Positions 53,545 through 64,000 of a DNA stretch of 64,000 nt are shown one piece after another; the first letter of the stretch is position 1; each line of letters begins with the position of its first letter. Made by a program: the position numbers and the translations under genes. Below the pieces are notes generated by a model. It had not been told where the DNA came from and made no database searches. It worked only from the letters and a program-made list of their open reading frames with translations. The DNA comes from Octopus vulgaris (lineage: Eukaryota): the NCBI GenBank assembly GCA_951406725.2, contig OX597814.1, positions 151,900,001 to 151,964,000 of the forward strand. Reading direction: 5' to 3'.

Positions 53545-54845
53545 TCTGTCACAGGCGCCGTATAGATTTTGGCCAAGGTGCTAGCGAAAAGGTTGGCGCG
53601 GGTCGTGGACAGACATGTTGGCGGGGCGCAAATTAGCACCATCGCAGGCAGGTCGATCCACGATAATCTCCACCTTATACGCTACTCATTAGAGAGGGTA
53701 GGGAAGCTTTCTGGCGCAGGGTGGGGCACTGGTACATTTAGACCAGTCTAAAGCATTTGATAGAGTCAACCATCGGTACATGGCGGCGGTCCCCGAGAAG
53801 GCTAGTCTGGGCCCGACCTTCCGCGGTTGGATTGCTGCTTTGTACAGCGACATCGAGTCTGTTGTCAAAGTAAATGGTTTCCTTTCGAAGCCATTCAGGA
53901 TCGAGCGGTCAGTGCGTCAGGGGTGTCCCCTGTCTCCGCTTTTGTGTGTTTGCTCTTGAGCCATTGCTGCGGAAGTTGGAGGCACCAGGGGGCGCAGTGA
54001 ATGATCTGTGGTGTGGAAGAGGAGCTACGGCGTATGTGGATGACATCTCCATCATCGAGGCGGATGAGGGCCAGCTTCCAGTGGAGGAAGAGGCTATCAT
54101 AAGTTACGAGGCGGTGGCAGGATCAAAGGTTAACAAGGACAAGTCGGTCGGTTTACAACTCGGCACCTGGAGGACAAACCGATGGCGTCCAATAACGTCG
54201 TGGGGCGTTGGACGGAAGGTCCTGTTAAACTGCTTGGGGTCTGGTTTGGCCCAGACTTCCAGATAGAGAAAAATTGGAGTGAGGTAACCAGTAAGGTGAC
54301 TGCTCTAACCCAGACCTGGTCTGGGCGGACGTTATCCTTGCTAGGAAAGGCGGAGGTGGGGCAGATGTTTATAGCATCAGTTATGACCTACCGTCTGACC
54401 GTGGTGCCTTGCCCCGATTTGTGGATGAACAAGTTGGAAATAATCCTTTCCGCTTTTTGTGGAAAGGAGGAAAGCCGCTTGTGAAACACTCTGTCTGCTG
54501 CCAGAAACCGCTAACGGATGGGCTAGGGATGCCTTGGCTGAAGATGCGAAAACTTGTGTTAAGGTTGAGGTACCTCTGGATTTACCTGGACGGGGAGCAG
54601 GTGTGGTCACCGCACGTCCGGTTCTACCTTCTGCGGTTAACGTCCTTAACGGACATTGGTACATGGATCAAGCAGAGACCTAGGCTGGGAGACTGGCAAT
54701 TGGAGTGTCGCCAGGCGCTTCAGCTACTCTCTCGGGTGGGCAATGCCGGCAACAGGAGTTCCACTGCGGAATTCTATAGCGGGTTAGTGGGATCTATATC
54801 AGAAGACGCCTTGGGGGAGACCCTGGGCTACGATGAAAATCTCAA
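53545..54845 (+). mobile_element. Tx1/L1-clade LINE RT fragment
   Basis: GC-rich; ILAKVLAKRL, GRSIHDNLHL, LDQSKAFDRVNH, SVRQGCPLSP, AYVDDISI, GSKVNKDKS; frameshifted. Confidence 0.9.
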
Positions 54846-55857
54846 CCGACAACGACCACTCGAATGAGGATGGGTGATGGTGGAAGAAAGTGATGGGTAG
54901 CTGGACAGTATGAGTTGGTGATATCATAGAAACTGACAATATGTTCAAACAGTTCTAACATTTGAGCTGATGGTTTAAGTGGAGGAAGAGCTCAATAAAA
55001 ACAGTGAAACATTTTATTTCCGATATTGGTAAAGGGCCAAATATTTAGCGAGTAAGTTTATTACAAACCGAATCATCCTCAGAGGGAACCTCTATGTAGT
55101 CACTCAAGTTACTTGAAATAGCAGCCAAATCTCTCTTTCTCTCGTTCATATGAAATCCTACTACTTTAAATAAGTTCTACATACGGTTAAAAAGGCGGGA
55201 TGAAGCAACTTAATCCTAACATACAAATTAAGATATAAGATATCTATAAAAAGAAATCCGCTGAAACGACTTTATTCAATCAGTGTTGTTCTGAGTTAAA
55301 CAACAATAACATTAGCAAAGCAATAGCTGATCGTTATTTCGTCAACTCCAGACTAATGAAAGACACAAGCCGACATAAAAGGGATTCGAACTAGAAACTT
55401 AGAAGCAATGTGAAATGGGCATGGCTTTTAGTCTGGCACTATACCGCCTCTGCTAATTCACCATCTATTTCATATTGATTTCTATTAGTTAGACACAAAG
55501 ACGCTATACTGTATGTAAGGAAGAAATATAAATTATCCGCATTGTTGGCATTTACTGCATAAAATGTCAACTATGCGGATTGCTTTAAATAGGCCATACA
55601 GATCGGATGTTAATTGATAGGTTTGCTGCACGTCTTAGGGAAGTCAAACTAAACACCATTGGACAATAGTCATCCACCATTTCTGATCAGCAGCCAAACT
55701 TCTTAGTACCTCACGTTTTCAGTCTTACACAACACAACATTCCTATATCTCATATACTCCTCGAGCAAAAAATCCACTTGCACATCTGAACAGTTTAGCA
55801 CTATGGGGCTAATTATTGACTTCATGTTTTTTAAACACCTAAAACCATATGAGTGGA

Positions 55858-56105
55858 GGCGCGTGGCTTAGTGGTTTGGGTGTCAGCATCATGATCGTAA
55901 GATTGTGGTTTCGATTCTTGGACCGGGCGACGCGTTGTGTTCTTGAGCAAAACACTTCATTTCACGTTGCTCCAGTCCACTCAGCTGGCAAAAATGAGTA
56001 ACGCTGCGATGGACCGCCGTCCCATCCAGCTTAGGAGCACATACGCCATAGAAACCGGGAAACCGGGCCCATGAGCCTGGCTAGGCTTTAAAAGGGGGCA
56101 TTTAT
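55858..56105 (+). mobile_element. CORE-like SINE with a third type of tail
   Basis: tRNA-like head plus shared central domain; probable TSD taaa(a/c)ccatatga. Confidence 0.8.
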
Positions 56106-56518
56106 TTATTTTATCTTAAACCCATATGAACACTCACATACGCTATAATTCATGACACATACGCGCGCGCGCAACATACAACATATGCACATGTACACAT
56201 CCCCACATTGCATACACCTAACACAAGAACGCACTCTCACCACACTCTAAGGAGACACGCACGAACAGTAAGCACAAGCATATTCACACTACTAAAACAC
56301 ACATCCGTACGACGTTCCACGCAATACACACACAAGCCTCCACTTGCTCCTCGGTCACCTTTAACTATCGCTTTCTTAGCTTAAAACCCCTTTCATCTCT
56401 TCACTTTGGGGTCTCTTTCTAGTATGTCATTAAAGATGGACATATTAGTATATATTAGTATACTAATATATATACTAATATGTCCATCTGTTCTAATTTA
56501 AATGAATTCTATGTCTTT

Positions 56519-56607
56519 GTGCAACTGAAGATTGCTCTACATTTTAAATTGATGTAATGATTGCATTGTTCAATTAAATGGAACTGCATGAAACGATCGT
56601 ACTGCAT
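56519..56607 (+). ncRNA. Partly decayed type I hammerhead with long stem II
   Basis: gtgcaa-CTGAAGA-ttgc...cattttaaattga/tcaattaaatg...gcat-GAAA-CGATCG-TA-ctgcat; mismatches at the first pairs of stems I and II. Confidence 0.65.
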
Positions 56608-56716
56608 TACCTCTCGATATCCTTGTTGCTTATTTGATTTTGTTCACCTTATTTTGAAATTGTATGGATAATACCGTACTAAATTTTGGTGCCTCAACTT
56701 AAGTACCATATTCATC

Positions 56717-56795
<79 letters not shown>

Positions 56796-56799
<4 letters not shown>

Positions 56800-57426
56800 A
56801 ATCTATAATTATGAGTATAATTATAATTAGGGTTCAGCAAAATTTGCTTCACCACATACCGAAATTTAGAAATAGAAGTTAAAAACTACTATTCTACTAC
56901 TATAAGATATCTCCCAGACAGCAATACTCAACAACCCATGCAGGTAAAGAGGGAAAATAATGAATCGTCTCGGCTCTGATTAACTGTATACGCGTTTCGG
57001 AGCTAGAGAGATGTGAAAAATGTAAAATCATATTTCTACTCACTCTCCTCATCAGTACAGTAATTCAAATTTTTAATTTAAGAGCACTGACAATAAACAT
57101 ACATATTTGACCAAGCGACATCAAACGGCATATCCAAAGACCAGTACTTCCGAATTCAAACATACGAATGAGATATCGCATTCCTCTTCATTCACCCACG
57201 TGTGCCAACGAGTAAAATTATATCAACAATAGTAACAAAGGTTAAAATTAATTAATTAATTAATAATTAATAATTTTACCAAGTAGTTCGGTATGTTAAA
57301 AGAACCATTATCGGTAAACTTATACAAAAATTCTATAATTATGAGTATAACTACTTGGTAAAATTATTAATTATTAATTAATTAATTAATTTTACCCTTT
57401 GTTACTATTACCCTTTAATATTATTG

Positions 57427-57430
<4 letters not shown>
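56796..57430 (-). mobile_element. Non-coding Penelope-type pLTR element in (TA)n
   Basis: Flanked by (TA)n; direct repeat tctataattatgagtataa (56802, 57332); ~60-bp inverted repeat 57227-57288/57349-57409; contains a hammerhead. Confidence 0.65.
56984..57060 (-). ncRNA. Type I hammerhead ribozyme with palindromic minimal stem III
   Basis: Minus strand CTGTA-CTGATGA-GGAG...(42 nt)...CTCC-GAAA-CGCG-TA-TACAG; all core nucleotides present. Confidence 0.82.
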
Positions 57431-57505
<75 letters not shown>

Positions 57506-57508
<3 letters not shown>

Positions 57509-58791
57509 GTACGAGGGGTATTTGAGGATAGTTTTGGTATACAATAAAACAACTATATTTTAGCATAAATAAATATGTATTTGATTAAACATTTGTGCAG
57601 TTAATCTTGATAATGATTTTTTAAGCAAATTATTCAATTATTCTATGAAACCGCCTTCTGCTTCGATGACTACTTCAATGCAGGGCTGAAATCGCTGACA
57701 TGCTGTCACTATATGGTCCTTATTCATTTCGAATATCACCTGGACAATAGTGGCCTTCAATGGAGCTATGGTATTATGAAGATGACGATTAGTCTCCCTT
57801 TCAACAGCGGTCCACACGTTGTAGTCCATGGGGTTCAAATCTGGCGAGTTTGGAGGTCACATATTTGGTGTTACATAAACGTAAAGATTGTCTGAGAACC
57901 AGTCTTGGGTGAGTAAAGCTTTGTGAGAAGATACTGACTCTCGTTGAAACACGTATGGCCTTTCATTGCATACTTCAGCAATCCAGGGCTTGATAACAGT
58001 TTCCAGTACCTCAAGGTATCCAACAGCATTAACTCTAAGACCCTGTGGAAAAAAGTGGGGAGGGATCACATGACCTTCTCCACTCACCACTCCTAAAACC
58101 ATCACAGTTGCTGGAAATTTCGTGTGCATCACTCTGGGTACTTCAGAATGATCTACACATGACCATCTGTCATTTCTTCTGTTAGACTTTTGATCCTGGT
58201 CAAAGTTTTTCCGTCAGAGAAAAACCAAAGCATGCCTTGTTCATGAGGGTTTTTCACTTTATTAAGTAACCGTTTTGAATGGATGAGTACAGTTTTCCTG
58301 TGTCTTTGCAGACACGAATTGGCCTTTCCTCATTACATAGCACTTGTATCTAATGCGGTGCACCGCAGTTCTGATAGTCTATTCTGACACCCAAAATTCT
58401 TTAGCAATGAACCTCATGGGTCTTCTGGGGGTTTTATCGATAATATTTTGAACATGAGGAATAAATTCCGGTGTCTTTTAGTGTCTGAGCTTGTGAATGT
58501 TTTTCTTTTTGATACAGGTGAACCATTACCATCACATGCCTCCAATTCCAACCGAACTTTGTGTACAAATGATCTTCCAATATTTAGAAAGTTGACAATT
58601 CCTAAACCACTGTGGTTTGCCATATATAGCAACTATGACTGCAACTCTTCATTTCTTGAGTTAGCATGATATCTTGAAAGGGTTATCTAAAAAAAAAAAA
58701 AATGATGCGTTAAATAATTTGAAGGTGTAATGAACTAAAAAACCCAAATGTCCTCAAATACCCCTCGCACCCTGTAAATACCCCTCGCACC

Positions 58792-58794
<3 letters not shown>
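57506..58794 (-). mobile_element. Tc1/mariner DD37D (maT) transposon, decayed
   Basis: TIRs cagg(g)t(a/g)cgaggggtatttgagga in (TA)n; WFFSD, FQ(RE)S..SHKA and (W)PPNSPDLNPMDY with 37 residues between the 2nd and 3rd acidic positions. Confidence 0.92.
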
Positions 58795-58825
<31 letters not shown>

Positions 58826-58936
58826 AACTTCGAATGACCCGTCCTTGTTTTCTTTGTATCGTTTATCTGGATGTTTTGCGTTCTTGTCCCATTTTGTATT
58901 TTATAATTATATATATAGCGGAGTACGTACACTTTG

Positions 58937-59027
<91 letters not shown>

Positions 59028-59082
59028 TATGTTCTAATTCATTAATACGGAAGACAAAGTGTACTGGAAGCTTTATTTAGGA

Positions 59083-59190
59083 CAACGATCATTTCGGCTT
59101 ACTTCTGCACTGGTCCTTAGGGGTTGAGAAACAATGTAATGGACTCCAATGCACCCCATAGTACAGAAAAAACTTCTTCAGGCTACATAA
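59083..59190 (-). ncRNA. Decayed hammerhead with very long stem II
   Basis: Minus strand gtagc-CTGAAGA-ag ttttttctgtac...gtgcagaagtaagcc-GAAA-TGATCG-TT, followed by AATAAA. Confidence 0.5.
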
Positions 59191-59580
59191 AGCGGTTCAG
59201 TATATTCGGACTGATAATAACATTGCAATTTCACTTATCACTGCTTAGCGCTACCCCTTCGTAAATTACATAACACTTGTGGAAACATTATGCAATCATA
59301 CACTTTATCTCATCAGTGTTCTGCAATAAATTTGCCGTCATGCAAGTTATCAGTATGCAAATTATTGCACGTCACACAAAATAGCAAGGGGTTCACAAAA
59401 TATCACATCAAGGATGTTCAAAGAATGCCACGCCTCTCTCAAATACAAATTAGTGCGATCAGAGTGGGTGAAAGAGAGAGAGGGTAGGGAGAGAGAGAGA
59501 GAGGAGAGGAAGGAAGGAAAATAAACTTATAAAGCGATAAAAACTGAAAGGGGTAAAAACATTGACCAAACTAATAGCAG

Positions 59581-59683
<103 letters not shown>

Positions 59684-59795
59684 ACTCACACACAGACACA
59701 CATGAAAATGAGATGACAAAGAAATAAACGTTTTATCACGTGAAATAGCGAAGCTCATAAGATAATCGTTTCTTTTTTTGTCACCTCATTTTCTT

Positions 59796-59970
59796 GGTTT
59801 GAAAATGCAATTTTAAAAGATGTTTATTTACTTTACCGGTTTCACTCTTTGGAAAAAGATTGTCAAAAGTAACATGTAGAAGTTTAGTTGCGTTAATTAC
59901 TGGTTGTTATTTTCCAAAGAGTGAAACCGGTAAAGTAAATAAACATCTTTTAAAATTGCATTTTCAAACC
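59796..59970. repeat. Perfect 61-bp inverted repeat containing a hammerhead half
   Basis: 59796-59856 is the exact complement of 59910-59970; arms carry GAAA-CCGG-TA-aagtaAATAAA. Confidence 0.9.
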
Positions 59971-59977
59971 TTCTTTC

Positions 59978-60400
<423 letters not shown>

Positions 60401-60479
60401 CGAATATACATATATACATATATATATATATACACACACACATATATATATACATATACATATATATATATATACATAC

Positions 60480-60537
<58 letters not shown>

Positions 60538-60560
60538 GTATATATATATATGTATATATG

Positions 60561-60615
<55 letters not shown>

Positions 60616-60616
60616 G

Positions 60617-60647
<31 letters not shown>

Positions 60648-60674
60648 GTATTTATGTATATATATATATATACA

Positions 60675-60886
60675 CCACGCTGGAAATAGCAGCCAAAATC
60701 TGACTCTAAAACCACATTAAATGTTCATACAACACCAGGAGAGAAGACAAAAAGACAAAATACTAGAAAAAAAATTACTGGATAATTCCGGATCCCGGAT
60801 TTCTGGCTTTGCATAAGAAATGCAATGTGGTTTTAGAAATGCAATGTAGTTTTAGAGTCAGGTTTTGGCTGCCATTTCCAGCGTGG
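60675..60886. repeat. ~45-bp inverted repeat of the ctggaaatagcagccaaa repeat family
   Basis: ccacgctggaaatagcagccaaaatctgactctaaaac / gttttagagtcaggttttggctgccatttccagcgtgg. Confidence 0.75.
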
Positions 60887-61276
60887 CGCGGTATCTCTTA
60901 GATACCCTAAATTATAATTTTAATAATAATTATTATCTTTGAAGGTTTTTATTCCCATGCTGGCCACTTGATAAGATCGATATTTAAATTAACGATCTTA
61001 TCCTTATTTATATATATATATATATATAGATAATATATAAATATACTTCATATATATATGTCCTGTACCCATATATGCATGTATATATACATATATATGT
61101 AGGTATGTACATATATGTATGCATATATTTATATATTATTTATATTATTATATGATCAAATGACACACAACCTTTTACAAGAAAGTATGTATATATATAT
61201 ATTATAATATGAGGGAATATTATTCAAATCTTACAGAGAAAAATTCAATTTAGAAATACTAAATCAAAATATAATA

Positions 61277-61701
61277 CTCTTTTACTCTTTTTACTCTTTT
61301 ACTTGTTTCAGTTATTTGACTGCGGCCATGCTGGAGCACCGCCTTTAGTCGAGCAAATCGACCCCGGGACTTATTCTTTGTAAGCCCAGTACTTATTCTA
61401 TCGGTCTCTTTTGCCGAACCGCTAAGTGACGGGGACGTAAACACACCAGCATCGGTTGTCAAGCAATGCTAAGAGGACAAACACAGACACACAAACATAC
61501 ACACACATACACACATAAATATATATATACATATATACGACAGGCTTCTTTCAGTTTCCGTCTACCAAATCCACTCACAAGGCATTGGTCGGTCCGGGGC
61601 TATAGCAGAAGACACTTGCCCAAGATGCCACGCAGTGGGACTGAACCCGGAACCATGTGGCTGGTTAGCAAGCTACTTACCACACAGCCACTCCTGCGCC
61701 T
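61277..61701 (-). mobile_element. SINE family A, full length and young
   Basis: Minus strand ggcgcaggagtggctgtgtggtaag...ggttccgggttcagtcccactgcg...tail (gtaaaaga)n. Confidence 0.92.
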
Positions 61702-61709
61702 ATATAATA

Positions 61710-61970
61710 TATATATATAAATTAGAAAAAAAAATCACCTTTTATCAATTCAATAATGAAAAATTAAATTATACCGTCTGAAAAATTACATATAATAGAA
61801 AGATTAAATATAAGATAAAACATAAAACGATGATTAAGTAATATGTAAAATAATAAATAAAACGTAAAACGTATATATTTGGTAGAATATATATTATGTA
61901 ATTTTCTAGAAGTTATAATTTAATTTTTCATTATTGAATTGATAAAAGATGTTTTTTTCTAATTCATATA
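61710..61970. repeat. AT-rich ~80-bp inverted repeat
   Basis: cttttatcaattcaataatgaaaaattaaattata / tataatttaatttttcattattgaattgataaaag. Confidence 0.8.
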
Positions 61971-62037
61971 TATATATATAAGCAAAATAGCTAGTTATAA
62001 AATCTTAAGAAGAGGTAGAGCAGTAACGTATACTAAA

Positions 62038-62379
62038 CAGTAAAGTGTGTAACCACATCAAGTAGCAGTTGAATATTACAACTAGTTTAACGCCAGGTGG
62101 ATTCTTCGCCAGCTGGTTTTCGGTGCAAGCTCTGCACCCTCTATATACAATACATCGCCAACAGGGGGAGCGAACCAATAGCTAAATTGAGCCAAATAGC
62201 TCGAAACTGGGCCAGTACAGTGATCCTGTTAGCTGCAAGAGAATAGTTGGGGTTCGCTTCTTCCTGCGTTGTATATACAGAGTGCAGACCTTGCACTTAA
62301 AACCAACCGGCGGAGAATCCGCCCGGGGTTAAACTAGTAGTAACATTCAGCTGCCACTTTGATGTGGCTACTCGCTTTA

Positions 62380-62382
<3 letters not shown>
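62038..62382. mobile_element. MITE with ~135-bp imperfect TIRs (CAGTAAAG...CTTTACTG|TA)
   Basis: 62038-62176 is complementary to 62251-62382; Tc1/pogo-like ends. Confidence 0.75.
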
Positions 62383-62444
<62 letters not shown>

Positions 62445-62451
62445 CACACAA

Positions 62452-62527
<76 letters not shown>

Positions 62528-62760
62528 ATATATATTTATATATATATGTTATATATATATATTATATGTATATATATATATATAGTATATATATTTGTAT
62601 ATATGTATATATATATATATATGTATTATATATTTGTATATATGTATATATATATATATAACCGGAGTAAACATATAAATGTGAAACAAGGTGGAAAAAT
62701 AGAGTACTCAAATACCAGTGGTAGAGTAATATGCTTTATTTTAAGCAGCAGAAAATTCAA

Positions 62761-62810
62761 CAAAATTTTACTTATGAGTTTCATCGTTGCCGTTCATCAG
62801 ACAGTTTTTG
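62761..62810 (-). ncRNA. Decayed minimal hammerhead
   Basis: Minus strand aactgt-CTGATGA-acg(gcaa)cgat-GAAA-CTCATAAG-TA; stem I disrupted; AATAAA downstream. Confidence 0.5.
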
Positions 62811-62894
62811 CTAGAATGGAACTTATATATTAATTCCGAATCTATACTTTACAAACGTCACACCTTTAAAAGAAATGGACTTGTTTGATTGGCC

Positions 62895-62951
<57 letters not shown>

Positions 62952-63036
62952 ATCGTATATATATATATATATATGTTTTTATATATATATACATATAAAT
63001 ATGTTATATGTATATATATATATATCTAGTGGGTGA

Positions 63037-63084
<48 letters not shown>

Positions 63085-63118
63085 GGTGGCAAAAATATAT
63101 ATATATATGTTTTGATTA

Positions 63119-63185
<67 letters not shown>

Positions 63186-64000
63186 CTATGGTTATCGAAT
63201 ACCTGAAGGGTGTATTCAATGTTTATATTGATGTATGTATGCCTTGTGTATAGGTACGCATGTATGTAATGCTTCAAGGAGTAAAACGCCATATCTTGCA
63301 TAGTTATTGTCTTGTGGTAAAGACTATCTTTAACGCTAAGAACTGAGGCAAAATCCCGAAAGAAATACTGTTGCATGGCTTCATTTTTGGCGTGGATACT
63401 TTACATCATTCAACCAAGTACTGCAGATAGGATAGCATAACGCATACTTGTCTTAAGTGGTTCAGTGAGCTGAAACAGTTGCAGCTCCCCGTGTGAATGT
63501 TTATAGTAACTGGCAAACGTTAGCACCGCTTCAATAATTAAAAAAAATAAAAACAAACACTTGAAATCAGCCTTTATGATTATTTAACACTCTCATGCAC
63601 ACGCGAATACAGATATGCGTATACACCTTAATACAAGTTTGGAGTCCAGTAGTAGCAGAGATGTATATATATTTTCCAGTCTCTTTGATGACAGAAATTT
63701 AGCACTGTAAGTGTGAAAAGTGTACTACTGAGACATATGTTTTCACAAACAGACGCACACAAACAGATACACGTATATATTGTATATGCTAGTGTATGCG
63801 TATGTATATATGAATATATATGAATATATATGTGTATGTATATGAATATATATATATTTACATTTATACAAGTATATATATGTAAATGAATATATATATA
63901 TTTACATTTATACAAGTATATATATGTAAATGCATATATATATATGTATGTATGTATATATAACAGAGTAAACTTGCAAGGTACCGCACGGATGAAAATA

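Noticed and set aside
55858-55930. tRNA gene (also the heads at 18833, 36689, 60081)
   Set aside because: Acceptor stems are incomplete and the sequence continues into SINE bodies

Overview
AT-rich, microsatellite- and transposon-dense animal genomic DNA. The repeat families (tRNA-head SINEs, RTE tails, (TA)n/(TAA)n arrays) resemble those I recognise from Octopus, so a coleoid cephalopod source is inferred, not proven. The only confident host gene is the 3' half of VMP1/TMEM49 (+ strand, six GT-AG exons 980-8636, 212 aa spliced), followed by a TE-poor, CpG-depleted stretch that may be a ~10 kb 3'UTR. At 22.9-31.3 kb, four different restriction-like-endonuclease (R4/Dong-type) non-LTR retrotransposons lie head-to-tail in trinucleotide microsatellites. 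The rest holds decayed Penelope-like, RTE, Tx1/L1, CR1/Jockey-like, DD37D (maT), Helitron and MITE elements. The most striking signal is non-coding and absent from the ORF track: a series of type I hammerhead ribozymes. One is apparently intact (37086-37158) in a ~305-nt partly tandem, retrozyme-like unit. One at 56984-57060 (-) is near-intact with a long stem II. About five decayed copies sit in Penelope-type terminal repeats, mostly inside (TA)n tracts. Most of the short ORFs in the track are microsatellite or SINE artefacts. All structures were read by eye; no database searches or folding programs were run.
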